DNA of 64,000 nt from an uncultured Actinomycetes bacterium (GTDB taxonomy: Bacteria > Actinomycetota > Acidimicrobiia > Acidimicrobiales > RAAP-2): contig CAIJYV010000030.1 of assembly GCA_903825035.1 (NCBI GenBank), forward strand, positions 8,599 to 72,598. The letters are read 5' to 3'. This document shows positions 47,908 to 57,205 of the stretch, one piece after another (within the stretch, counting starts at the first letter, position 1; every line of letters begins with the position of its first letter). The translations under genes were made by a program, and so were the position numbers. The notes below the pieces were generated by a model. That model did no database searches, was not told where the DNA came from, and worked only from the letters and a program-made list of their open reading frames with translations.

Positions 47908-48148
47908 GTTTCAAATATAAGCCTGAACCCTGTGAATTACTCGAAAACTATGTAAATGGACTATAAGAATTAAAGGGGATTTCTCCCATATTTCGGGGCT
48001 CTGATAAGGTATTGGAGCAGTTCACAGCAAGTGAGTGTGGTTTTGCCACCTCCACCTGGCCATCATGATGCGTCCAGGTTCAGGGTATTTTCGCCTCCCT
48101 TGCCGTGGCGACGCCAATTTGGCGTCGTAGAGAGCAAGGAGTAGTCGT

Positions 48149-48799
48149 ATCGCAACAGTGCCCGGAGACCACCGCGTTAATGAACGCATTCGAGACGGAC
48201 AGATTCGTCTGATTGACCACGAAGGAAATCAGAAGGGACTGACCACCGTTCGAGAAGCATTAGCGATGGCTCGTGACCTCGATCTGGACCTCGTCGAAAT
48301 TGCCCCCACGGCTGCACCACCGGTGTGCCGAATCATGGATTACGGCAAGTTCAAGTTCGACGAAGCGCAGAAGGCGAAAGAATCTCGCCGCAAAACCCAA
48401 AATGTTGGCGTCAAGGAAATGAAGTACCGTCCCAAAATTGGTGATGGAGACTTCGCGACCAAGACTCGACAGGTTGAAAAGTTTCTGGGTGAAGGTCACA
48501 AGGTCAAAGTGACGATTATGTTCCGTGGCCGAGAAGCCGCTCACCCTGAACTCGGAAAGAAGATTCTCGATCGAATCGTGGAAAAACTCGAAGAGGTCGC
48601 CAAGGTCGAATCTGCTCCAAAGCTTGACGGAAGAAACATGATCATGGTCCTCGGTCCAGATAAGAAGACCAAGGTCAAGGTGGTTGAAACTCCGGAGAAT
48701 CAAGGCAACCGCGTTGATTCTCCAGTCGTTGAAACACCCGTAGCCGAGGCACCCGTCGCAACGCCTACACCAACAGAAGAATCGCCAAAGGAGAATTAA
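48149..48799 (+). CDS. infC: Translation initiation factor IF-3, probably with a non-canonical AUC start
   Basis: RVNERIRDGQIRLIDHEGNQKGL... is canonical IF-3. AAGGAG (48136-48141) lies 7 nt before the in-frame ATC at 48149, but 16 nt before the GTG at 48158 (the track start). infC is known to use unusual start codons for autoregulation. Confidence 0.9.
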   Translation: MATVPGDHRVNERIRDGQIRLIDHEGNQKGLTTVREALAMARDLDLDLVEIAPTAAPPVCRIMDYGKFKFDEAQKAKESRRKTQNVGVKEMKYRPKIGDGDFATKTRQVEKFLGEGHKVKVTIMFRGREAAHPELGKKILDRIVEKLEEVAKVESAPKLDGRNMIMVLGPDKKTKVKVVETPENQGNRVDSPVVETPVAEAPVATPTPTEESPKEN

Positions 48800-49000
48800 A
48801 TGTCAAAAACCAAGATGAAGACTGACAGTGGTGCGAAAAAGCGCATCAAGATCACCGGAACCGGACGGCTTCGTCGTCGTAAGGCGTTCCGTGGTCACAT
48901 CATGGAGAAGAAGTCGAGCGTTCGCACCCGCCGTTTGGGTCGCGAATCAGACATCGCTCCCGGTATCGAAAAGAACATCAAGCGGATGCTCGGACTCTAG
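48800..49000 (+). CDS. rpmI: 50S ribosomal protein L35
   Basis: 66 aa. MSKTKMKTDSGAKKRIKITGTG... Confidence 0.93.
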   Translation: MSKTKMKTDSGAKKRIKITGTGRLRRRKAFRGHIMEKKSSVRTRRLGRESDIAPGIEKNIKRMLGL

Positions 49001-49020
49001 AGAAATAGGAAGGACTTGAA

Positions 49021-49380
49021 ATGGCAAGAGTAAAAAGAGGCGTTAACGCCAAGAAGCACCACAAGGCAGTTCTCGAACAGGCCAAGGGATACTACGGTGA
49101 CCGGAGTCGTACCTTCCGTGCTGCGAACCAAGCGGTTCAGCACGCTGGTGTCTACGCGTTCCGCGACCGTCGTGCCCGTAAGGGTGACATGCGTCGTCTC
49201 TGGATTCAGCGCATCAATGCTGGTGTCCGTGAGCACGGCCTGAGCTACAGCCGCTTCATTGACGGTTTGAACAAGGCTGGCATTGAAGTAGACCGCCGTA
49301 TGTTGGCTGACCTTGCGGTGACCGACTCGCAGGCCTTCGGCGCGATTGTCGCCCAGGCCTCGGCGGCACTAGCTAAGTAG
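49021..49380 (+). CDS. rplT: 50S ribosomal protein L20
   Basis: 119 aa. [15 protein letters not shown]... Confidence 0.95.
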   Translation: MARVKRGVNAKKHHKAVLEQAKGYYGDRSRTFRAANQAVQHAGVYAFRDRRARKGDMRRLWIQRINAGVREHGLSYSRFIDGLNKAGIEVDRRMLADLAVTDSQAFGAIVAQASAALAK

Positions 49381-49386
49381 GTTTTC

Positions 49387-50196
49387 TTGATTGAGTCGCT
49401 GGGGTCGGCGCACCAAAGCGTGCGCCGGCTCCGGAGACTTATTCAAAAACGCTCCGACCGATGGAGCGACGGTGTTTTTGTTATCGAAGGGCCCGACTTA
49501 GTCGCCGCGGCATTAGAGACCGGTGCGGCGGTCGAAGCGATTTACATCGACGAAGCAGCGCTTGATATTGATGAAATCAAATCGCTCTGCATTAGAGGAG
49601 CGAATGCCGGAGTTCGCATTTTCTCCCTCGCCAACGGAGTTTTAGAAAAAGTCTCCGACGCAATGTCGCCACAGCCGATAATGGCGTCAGTACGTATGAA
49701 CCCGGTGGCGCTCTCGGAGTTGTCTAAGCCAGAATTTGTCTTGGTTCTCCACGACATTCGAGACCCTGGCAACGCGGGTACCTTAATTCGATCGGCCGAC
49801 GCCTCGGGGGCGAGCGCCGTAATTTTGACTGGGCAGAGTGTTGATCCCTACAACCCCAAGACGCTTCGCGCCACTGCGGGGTCAGTATTTCGAGTGCCCA
49901 TTGTCCTCGCTGCGCTTGATGAAACCGTGACCACACTCAAGGGTTTGGGAGTCACCGTTCTGGCGACGGTGGTGAAAGGTGGAATTGATTCGCGGACCGT
50001 TAATTTCCGCGCACCCACCGCAGTGGTCCTCGGCAATGAGTCCAAGGGCTTAACATCGCCCGAGGTGGACTTGTGTTCAGGCTCAATCTCCATCCCGATG
50101 GCGGGTGGAGCCGAGTCGCTGAATGCAGGCATTGCGGGTTCCCTGCTGGCCTTTGCCGCCTTTTACCAGCGCCTCGACACAAATACCCGAGGCTGA
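49387..50196 (+). CDS. TrmH/SpoU family RNA 2'-O-methyltransferase
   Basis: 269 aa. Has the SpoU motifs DPGNAGTLIRSADA, VLGNESKGL and ESLNAGIAGS. It sits in the same position as tsnR in mycobacteria. Confidence 0.85.
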   Translation: MIESLGSAHQSVRRLRRLIQKRSDRWSDGVFVIEGPDLVAAALETGAAVEAIYIDEAALDIDEIKSLCIRGANAGVRIFSLANGVLEKVSDAMSPQPIMASVRMNPVALSELSKPEFVLVLHDIRDPGNAGTLIRSADASGASAVILTGQSVDPYNPKTLRATAGSVFRVPIVLAALDETVTTLKGLGVTVLATVVKGGIDSRTVNFRAPTAVVLGNESKGLTSPEVDLCSGSISIPMAGGAESLNAGIAGSLLAFAAFYQRLDTNTRG

Positions 50197-50216
50197 CCCT
50201 CTAGCCTTATAGGAAC

Positions 50217-51293
50217 ATGTCTGATTCTTCTCCTCTAGCCAATCTCGATTCGCAGCGCGACGAACTCATTCGCCAAATCAATGAAATTTCTGATTTCGCG
50301 GTATTGCGTGAGCAAGAGCCTCTTCTGGTGGGCAAGCGTTCACTCCTCACAACCTTGCAACGTACGCTGGGCCAAATCGCTGAAAACGAGCGCAAAGAGG
50401 CCGGCGCACTTCTACAAGGTGCGCGCCGGTTAGTTGAAGATCGATTTAATGAGCGCTTCGCAGAACTCGAGATGGTCGAACGAGCAGCCAAGCTCGAAGC
50501 GGACCGCTTGGACCTTGGCGACGTAGTGGTAAGTGCCGTCAGGGTTCCGGTGACCGTTGGTCATCCCAATCTTGTTGCCTCCACCCAGCGTGAACTTGAA
50601 GATGTCTTTGTCGGTATGGGTTTTTCTGTTGCTGATGGCCCTGAAGTCGAAAGTGACTGGTACAACTTCGAGGCGCTAAATATTCCACCGGCCCACCCGG
50701 CTCGTGGCATGTGGGATACCTTCTACGTTGACCTTGGAGAACCCGAGACTGTTGTCTTGCGCACCCACACCTCGCCAACCCAGATTCACCTAATGGAGGC
50801 CGCTGTTAAGTTGGGGGACCCAAGGGTTCACGCAGTCATGCCCGGGCGTTGCTTCCGACGAGACACTCCCGACGCTCGTCACCTGGCGGCCTTTCATCAA
50901 ATCGAGGGGCTCGTAGTTGACCGGGGAATTACCTTCGCCGACCTCGCGGGTGTTATCGAAACCTTCACGCGAGCCTATTTCGGGCCAACAATTAGCTCGA
51001 GATTGCGCCCCGCGTTCTTTCCCTTTACTGAGCCTTCGGCGGAGTTCGAAATTACCTGCACCATTTGTCAAGGTGATGGTTGCCGCACCTGTTCGCAGAC
51101 CGGTTGGATTGAGCTTGGCGGTTGCGGCATGCTCGACCCGGCCGTTCTTGAAGCAGTTGGAATTGATGGGTCTGAATGGAGTGGTTTTGCCTTTGGCTTC
51201 GGCATTGACCGCTGTGCCCAGATGCGCCACCAGATAGCCGATATGCGTGCGCTCATTGAAAATGATGCTCGATTCCTAAGGCAGTTCTCATGA
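50217..51293 (+). CDS. pheS: Phenylalanyl-tRNA synthetase alpha subunit
   Basis: 358 aa with class II motifs (FRRD...; GFAFGFGIDR). Confidence 0.95.
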   Translation: MSDSSPLANLDSQRDELIRQINEISDFAVLREQEPLLVGKRSLLTTLQRTLGQIAENERKEAGALLQGARRLVEDRFNERFAELEMVERAAKLEADRLDLGDVVVSAVRVPVTVGHPNLVASTQRELEDVFVGMGFSVADGPEVESDWYNFEALNIPPAHPARGMWDTFYVDLGEPETVVLRTHTSPTQIHLMEAAVKLGDPRVHAVMPGRCFRRDTPDARHLAAFHQIEGLVVDRGITFADLAGVIETFTRAYFGPTISSRLRPAFFPFTEPSAEFEITCTICQGDGCRTCSQTGWIELGGCGMLDPAVLEAVGIDGSEWSGFAFGFGIDRCAQMRHQIADMRALIENDARFLRQFS

Positions 51294-53761
51294 AGATTCC
51301 ACTGAGTTGGCTACGAGATTTCATTGATATCTCAGAATCCCCCGAACAGCTTCGTGAGGTCTTTGATGACCTTGGGCTGGTCGTTGAAGGCGTCGAATAC
51401 ACCGGACAAGATATTGACGCAGTCCTAGTGGCCAAGGTCCTCGAAATTCACCCAATTGAGGGTGCTGATCGTATTCGTCGTGTCGTCATCGAAGCGGGCG
51501 AGGGCCCTCTCGAAATTGTCTGCGGGGCGATGAACTTCGTCGAGGGAAACCACGTTCCGTTCGCTCCAGTCGGCGCGGTGCTTCCGGGTGACTTCGCAAT
51601 TGCGAAACGGGTAATGAAGGGCATCACCTCTAACGGGATGCTCTGTTCGGCCCGCGAACTACGACTCAACGAGGATCACGGCGGCCTCTATGTTCTCGAC
51701 GAGTTAATCACCCCCGTCATCGGCCAGCCTCTCGTCGAAGCGCTCGGAATTACCCCCGACGTGATCTTTGACATTTCGGTTGAAGGAAATCGACCTGATG
51801 CGTGGTCAGTGGAGGGCGTGGCTCGAGACCTGGCCGCTCGGTTGGGCCGTCCAATCAAGTCTCCAGTTTTGGCAACGACGAACGGACCTTCGACCGGTGA
51901 AGTTGCTCGGGCGTCGATTACTGCTCCCAATGAATGTGGTCGCTTAACGGTATCGATTATTGAAAACATCGTGGTGAAGCCAAGCCCGACGTGGATTCAA
52001 CAGCGTCTCAGTGGAGCGGGCATGCGTCCGATTTCCAACGTGGTTGATGCCTCAAATTATGTGATGCTTGAGCTCGGACAGCCCAATCACCCCTACGACG
52101 CCAGCAAAGTTGCAGGCAAGACTCTTGGTGTGCGTCACGCGGTACCGGGCGAATCGATCAAGACTCTCGACGGCGTGGTGAGAGAACTTGCAAGGCCAGG
52201 ACGCGGATTAGGCGACAGTGGCGTAGACGTTGTCATCGTTGATGGGGACGACACCATTCTGGGTCTGGCTGGAGTCATGGGAGGCGACGACTCCGGAGTC
52301 TCTGACTCCACGACAGAGGTCCTGTTTGAGGCGGCATTCTTTGATCCAATGACGATTGCGCGCTCCTCTAAGAGGCATGGTCTGCGCTCAGAGGCTTCCG
52401 CCCGATTCGAACGCGGCGTTGACCCTGAGCTGGCTCTTCGAGCGACCGCACGATTCGTTGAAATACTGAAGCAAAGCTGCCCCGAGATTATTTGGCGCAG
52501 TGAGCCGATCGACGTTCGGGGGCAATTGCCGCGGGTTCCAGAAATTTCACTTTCTGCTTTCGATATCGAGCGTTCGCTTGGCGTAAGCATCCCACTCGAT
52601 GAGGCGACCCGACTCTTAACGGCGATTCAGTTCTCGGTGAAACTTGACGGCGAAGGTCTCCTCGTGAGCCCAGCGACCGCTCGTCTTGATGTACGCGAGG
52701 GCGCTGCCGGTCGAGCCGACGTGATCGAAGAGATCGCCCGCCTCTACAGCTATCAACGCCTCCCTCGTCGAGTTCCGACTTGGGCCGAACCGGGTGGACT
52801 CTCAAAAACCCAGCGACTTCGACGACAATTGCGCGACGTAGTCGTCGACTTTGGCGCCGCCGAAGCGTGGACCCCAACGTTGGGTTCCGACGCTGATTTT
52901 GAGCTCTTGGATAGCGGCGAACGGGTTCGTATTACCAACCCCTTGGCGAGCGAGGAGTCGGTGCTGCGCAACACGCTGGTAACTGGATTGGCTCGCGCGT
53001 GGGCTAGAAACGTTGAGCGCGGTACGGGGGATCTCATTTTGAGCGAACTTGGCAATGTCTTCATTCACCCCAAGGTGGCCAAAGCACCTCGCGCCACCAA
53101 GGGTGGAGTTGCGGGATCGGTGACCCTGGAGTTGCCCGAAGAGCGCGAGCGCTTGGCGGTTCTCTTGGGTCGAGAAGAGGATGACGCACGAACGGCGGTT
53201 GCATTCGCGGTTGGGATCTTCAATCGACTTGGCGTAGCAAATGTTGTTCTGCGGACTCCCGAACAAACGCCAAATGGCTTTCACCCGACGCGTGTGGCCG
53301 AGGCTATTGATCGCCAATCGGGATCCGTGTTGGGATTTGTAGGAGAGGTGAGTCCGATGTTGCTGGCCGCTCTCGAAGCTCCTGAGGGACGCCGAGTCGG
53401 TTATGTTGACCTTGACTTTGAGGCGCTCGCTGATGAATCGCGTGCTACTCGGCAAGCTACTGAGGCAAAGATTCCCTCGAAGTTTCCATCGGCACTACTT
53501 GACTTGGCCTTTGTGGCCCCCGATTCGGTTCACGCTGACGACATCCGTTCGGCGCTTCAACTCGCCTCCGATGAAGTAGAAGCGGTCTCTCTCTTCGACG
53601 TGTACCGTGGAACCTCGCTCGGCGAAGGGGTCCGCTCTTTGGCTTACTCGGTTCGTCTCACTCCGCGTGACTCCACTTTTAGCGATACTCAAATTGCGAA
53701 GATTCGGGAATTGTTAGTTGATTCGGCGCGTCATTTGGGCGCCGAATTGCGCGCCCAGTGA
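51290..53761 (+). CDS. pheT: Phenylalanyl-tRNA synthetase beta subunit
   Basis: 823 aa. MKIPLSWLRDF opening, tRNA-binding OB domain, and B3/4, B5 and FDX-ACB regions. Confidence 0.95.
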   Translation: MKIPLSWLRDFIDISESPEQLREVFDDLGLVVEGVEYTGQDIDAVLVAKVLEIHPIEGADRIRRVVIEAGEGPLEIVCGAMNFVEGNHVPFAPVGAVLPGDFAIAKRVMKGITSNGMLCSARELRLNEDHGGLYVLDELITPVIGQPLVEALGITPDVIFDISVEGNRPDAWSVEGVARDLAARLGRPIKSPVLATTNGPSTGEVARASITAPNECGRLTVSIIENIVVKPSPTWIQQRLSGAGMRPISNVVDASNYVMLELGQPNHPYDASKVAGKTLGVRHAVPGESIKTLDGVVRELARPGRGLGDSGVDVVIVDGDDTILGLAGVMGGDDSGVSDSTTEVLFEAAFFDPMTIARSSKRHGLRSEASARFERGVDPELALRATARFVEILKQSCPEIIWRSEPIDVRGQLPRVPEISLSAFDIERSLGVSIPLDEATRLLTAIQFSVKLDGEGLLVSPATARLDVREGAAGRADVIEEIARLYSYQRLPRRVPTWAEPGGLSKTQRLRRQLRDVVVDFGAAEAWTPTLGSDADFELLDSGERVRITNPLASEESVLRNTLVTGLARAWARNVERGTGDLILSELGNVFIHPKVAKAPRATKGGVAGSVTLELPEERERLAVLLGREEDDARTAVAFAVGIFNRLGVANVVLRTPEQTPNGFHPTRVAEAIDRQSGSVLGFVGEVSPMLLAALEAPEGRRVGYVDLDFEALADESRATRQATEAKIPSKFPSALLDLAFVAPDSVHADDIRSALQLASDEVEAVSLFDVYRGTSLGEGVRSLAYSVRLTPRDSTFSDTQIAKIRELLVDSARHLGAELRAQ

Positions 53762-54471
53762 GACTCAACGTCGAGTTTGTTTCGCCCCACGAGGGTGGGC
53801 GACGATTTACGGAGGATTTTCGTGTTCGGCTCGCTGATACCTATGCCGACGGAACTCTCCGCCTCGATGCGGCTGCTCGGTTCTTGCAAGATATCGCTAC
53901 GGACGATTGGGATGACACCAAAATTGGTGATGAAGATACTTGGGTGGTTCGCCGAACGGCGATGCGGGTCGCGGATGGAGGCTCATGGCCTCGCTACAAA
54001 GATCACCTGACGCTCGAGACATGGTGTGGTGGGTACGGTGCAGCCTGGGCGGAACGCCGCACGAATTTTTATTTTGAGGGGCAGTTGCAGATTGAAGCAA
54101 TCTCCCTGTGGGTGCCAATCGACTCGAGGGGGGTGCCACAACGGCTCCGCCAGTCTTTTTTCGATGTCTTTGGAGAAGCGTTGAATGGGAGAAAGATCTC
54201 GGGCAAGGTACCAACACCACAGCTGGTTCCTGGTTCGACGCGTCAGCCTTGGCCACTGCGTCATGCCGATTTAGACATTGTTGGACACGTGAATAACGCC
54301 GCAATTTGGCAAGCAATTACTGAGGTCGTTGATGGTCCAGTTAGCGAGGTTGCGGTCATGCACCATGGCCCGGTCGAAGCGGGTCACATTGTCGAGCTCG
54401 CCCATACTCCAGGGCACGTGTGGCTGATTGTCGACGGCGAACCGCGCGTCAGCTGCCTGTACTTCGCTTAA
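53758..54471 (+). CDS. Acyl-ACP thioesterase-like double hotdog protein
   Basis: 237 aa. F.VRLADTYADGTLRLDAAARFLQDIA and a second half with DLDIVGHVNNA resemble acyl-ACP thioesterases. GTGA overlap with pheT. Confidence 0.6.
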   Translation: MRLNVEFVSPHEGGRRFTEDFRVRLADTYADGTLRLDAAARFLQDIATDDWDDTKIGDEDTWVVRRTAMRVADGGSWPRYKDHLTLETWCGGYGAAWAERRTNFYFEGQLQIEAISLWVPIDSRGVPQRLRQSFFDVFGEALNGRKISGKVPTPQLVPGSTRQPWPLRHADLDIVGHVNNAAIWQAITEVVDGPVSEVAVMHHGPVEAGHIVELAHTPGHVWLIVDGEPRVSCLYFA

Positions 54472-55337
54472 GCCTGGGCTGCTGGCGGTTTCTTGGCGCT
54501 GGTTGCAAAGTACGAACCGATTAGCACTAGGGGGAACCCAATAGCGATGCCGGTGGTGAGTGGCTCGTTTAAGAACAGAATACCCAACGCCACGGCGATG
54601 GCGGTGTTGGTGTAGGTGACGACGGTCGCGCGCGCCGCACCAATTTCCTTGATCAACTCGAAGAAGACCAAGAATGCTCCGACGGTACAGGCGACTGATA
54701 GAGCAACGAGTGCGAGCACCGTCTTGGTGGAGACCGCGTGCGGCCAATGAGTGGCGGCGTAAGGGAGCCAAACGAGTCCGATGACACCAGTTGCGCCGGC
54801 AACGATTGCGATGCCGGCAACCTCTCGGACTTTAGTGGCCAAAATCACCGGTCCGATGGCGTAACCCAAGCAAATGAAGAACATCAAGCCAACCCATTTG
54901 AACTCGCCACCGCGAATGTCGAGTCCGACAAGACTAATAATTCCGACTGCGCCAATGAACAAACCGAACCAACGTGTCGAGGTCATGTGCTCTTGCACGT
55001 TACGAACCTTAGAGATGGTAAGAGAAAATAATGGAACAGTTGCAATCATCAAACTGGTTAGTGAGCTGGTGACGTGCTTTTCAACCGTACCCATTAGGTA
55101 CCAAGGAATACCAAATTCGATTGCCCCGAAGAGAAAGATCCACTTGAAGTTCTTGACCATCGAGGAGAACTCCTTGCGATGAAGCACCAACGGCATGAGT
55201 AGCAAGGAGGCGGGGAGTGTTCTGGCGACCACCAAGACGCCTGGATCAATCTGACGGACCGCCACTCGAATCAAGAGATAGGGAATTCCCCACAGAAGGG
55301 ACAGTGCGGCAAACAGCCAAAAGCCACGTCGGGTCAT
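54468..55337 (-). CDS. EamA/DMT superfamily transporter
   Basis: 289 aa, about 10 TM. LLWGIPYLLIRVAV opening typical of EamA repeats. Confidence 0.85.
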   Translation of the reverse strand: MTRRGFWLFAALSLLWGIPYLLIRVAVRQIDPGVLVVARTLPASLLLMPLVLHRKEFSSMVKNFKWIFLFGAIEFGIPWYLMGTVEKHVTSSLTSLMIATVPLFSLTISKVRNVQEHMTSTRWFGLFIGAVGIISLVGLDIRGGEFKWVGLMFFICLGYAIGPVILATKVREVAGIAIVAGATGVIGLVWLPYAATHWPHAVSTKTVLALVALSVACTVGAFLVFFELIKEIGAARATVVTYTNTAIAVALGILFLNEPLTTGIAIGFPLVLIGSYFATSAKKPPAAQA

Positions 55338-55365
55338 GGAGACAGCATAACCGAGAAAGAAAAAC

Positions 55366-55403
55366 TTGCATAATTAGCCTATTTTGTGAGTAAAATTGCA
55401 TTT
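55366..55403 (+). promoter_or_regulatory. Candidate argC promoter (TTGCAT - 19 nt - TAAAAT), with the -10 ending 7 nt before the ATG
   Basis: Hexamers read at 55366-55371 and 55391-55396, with the ATG at 55404. A second TTGCAT (55396-55401) lies between the -10 and the start and could be an ArgR half-site. Confidence 0.4.
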
Positions 55404-56420
55404 ATGAAGATCGTCATTTTTGGAGCCAGTGGATACGCCGGGGCGGAGGTTCTTCGACTTGCTGGCTCGCACCCTGAACTCGAGGTGGTGGCGGTGGTGG
55501 CGGAGTCGAACGCGGGAAAGCTGGTCTCGGAGCACCAGCCAGCACTGGCGGCCCTTTATCCAGACCTTCGATTCGTCGATACCCAGACCGCACTCCAACT
55601 CGAATTCTCAGTGGCTTTCCTTGCGTTGCCCCACGGTCACTCCCAGCAATTGGTGAAGGGCTTGGTTGAGCGCGGCGTCCAGTGCGTCGATCTCGGGGCA
55701 GATTTCCGGCTCAAGGACGCCTCTGTTTTCGAACGGTGGTACGGATCAGCGCACGAGGCGAGTGATTTGTTAGGGCTGTCGGTATATGGCCTGGTTGAAC
55801 GCCATCGCTCCGAATTGTTCGGGGCGAAGCTCATCGCTTCGCCTGGGTGTTACCCAACTGCAACATCGTTAGCGGTAGGTCCATTCACCGACGCGGGGTG
55901 GATTTCAAAATCAGGCCTGATAGTGAATGCGCTGTCTGGTACATCTGGAGCGGGTAGGGCGACTCAAGACCGACTGCACCATTCGAGACTTGCAAGCAAT
56001 GCGGAGGCGTACGGCCTCAGCACACATCGCCACACCCCAGAAATGGAGCAGGAGCTGGGAATCGAACTACTCTTCACCCCACACTTGGTGCCAGTTGCGC
56101 GAGGAATGCTCGTGACCGCGTACGGCTCGCTCCGTGAGGACCAAAGAAGCACGGCTGAGGCACTGGATCTGCTTCGCCACGTCTACTCTGACGATCCTTT
56201 CGTGATTGTCACGGACGAGCCACCATCGCTGAAGGATCCCGTAGGTTCAAATTTGTGCTTTGTGAGTGCTCGAGTAGATGAGCGCACGAAGACGCTCATC
56301 ATGATGAGCTCGCTCGACAACCTCATCAAGGGAGCCGCTGGCCAAGCGATTCAAGCTTGGAATGTCTCCCTTGGCCATTCGGAATCGCTGGGTCTCCCCC
56401 TAAGTGGAGTGACGCCTTGA
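55404..56420 (+). CDS. argC: N-acetyl-gamma-glutamyl-phosphate reductase
   Basis: MKIVIFGASGYAG..., active-site region SPGCYPTA. I prefer the ATG at 55404 over the track GTG at 55386. Confidence 0.93.
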   Translation: MKIVIFGASGYAGAEVLRLAGSHPELEVVAVVAESNAGKLVSEHQPALAALYPDLRFVDTQTALQLEFSVAFLALPHGHSQQLVKGLVERGVQCVDLGADFRLKDASVFERWYGSAHEASDLLGLSVYGLVERHRSELFGAKLIASPGCYPTATSLAVGPFTDAGWISKSGLIVNALSGTSGAGRATQDRLHHSRLASNAEAYGLSTHRHTPEMEQELGIELLFTPHLVPVARGMLVTAYGSLREDQRSTAEALDLLRHVYSDDPFVIVTDEPPSLKDPVGSNLCFVSARVDERTKTLIMMSSLDNLIKGAAGQAIQAWNVSLGHSESLGLPLSGVTP

Positions 56421-57205
56421 GGTACGTAGTCAAAATCGGCGGGCACAGTTTGGATGATTTAACCTCGGACGCTCCGGTGCTGAACGGCTTGTGCACTGAG
56501 ATTAAGCACCTGCTGGACGTTGGCCATGAAATCGTCTTGGTTCACGGGGGAGGCCCGCAAATTGACCAATTGCTAGCTCTTTCGGGAATTGGTTCAGAGT
56601 TTGCTGAGGGCCTGCGAGTGACGACGGCAGCAACAATTTCAACGATCCAAATGGCACTGTCGGCAGTGAACTCCGCTATTACTATGCGCCTGAATGCAAT
56701 AGGGGTGAAGGCCGTAGGGTTGCGAGGATTCGACGGAAACCAAGTCGTCGGCACGGCGATTGGCGAGCCCTGGGGTCAGGTGGCGACCAGGGTAGAGGTT
56801 GACCCCACCCTCATTCTCGCTTTGTGGGACAACGGTTTTATCCCGATAATGAGCCCCGTTGTGAGTGACGGCCAAGGGGATCTACTCAACTGCAATGCTG
56901 ATGCGTTCGCGGGAGCCCTGTGCCAGGCACTCGACGCATCAGCTCTGTTTCTGTTGAGCGACATCGACCAAGTTCGCGCGAATGCTGACGATCCAGCCTC
57001 CGGACTGCCCAAAGTTAGTTTTGCCGAGCTTGAAGCGATGATCGCTGACGGCCGAGTTTCCGGCGGAATGGTTCCCAAAGCCAGAGCGGCTATCGCGGCG
57101 GGCATGCACGGGGCCAGGCGCGTAATCATTGCGAATGCGGCGACGCCAGAAGTATTGACTCGGGCACTCACCTACGAGGTCCCCACAACGGAGGTTATTT
57201 CATGA
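56417..57205 (+). CDS. argB: Acetylglutamate kinase
   Basis: VVKIGG...VLVHGGGPQI...NCNAD...GGMVPK amino-acid-kinase motifs. The TTG at 56417 overlaps the argC stop (TTGA). The track ORF starts at 56357. Confidence 0.9.
   Translation: MRYVVKIGGHSLDDLTSDAPVLNGLCTEIKHLLDVGHEIVLVHGGGPQIDQLLALSGIGSEFAEGLRVTTAATISTIQMALSAVNSAITMRLNAIGVKAVGLRGFDGNQVVGTAIGEPWGQVATRVEVDPTLILALWDNGFIPIMSPVVSDGQGDLLNCNADAFAGALCQALDASALFLLSDIDQVRANADDPASGLPKVSFAELEAMIADGRVSGGMVPKARAAIAAGMHGARRVIIANAATPEVLTRALTYEVPTTEVIS

Noticed and set aside
48065-48130. 21-codon uORF (MMRPGSGYFRLPCRGDANLAS) in the infC leader, in frame with infC.
   Set aside because: There is no purine-rich SD or -10 box in front of its ATG. Without conservation data it is indistinguishable from chance. 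Mentioned only in case leader-peptide control is later suspected.
50197-50216. The pheS upstream CCCTCTAGCCTTATAGGAAC as a third copy of the tyrS/aroC palindrome.
   Set aside because: Similarity is only partial (CTCTAGCCT vs CTCCTAGACT). It is not palindromic beyond 3 bp, and the TANNNT spacing to the ATG is 9 nt. It is too weak to claim.
55366-55406. Two TTGCAT motifs 30 nt apart upstream of argC, considered as ARG boxes for ArgR.
   Set aside because: Neither forms a convincing 18-bp palindromic ARG box. The spacing is not the usual tandem arrangement. The first is equally well explained as a -35 hexamer. I kept only a low-confidence note in the promoter feature.
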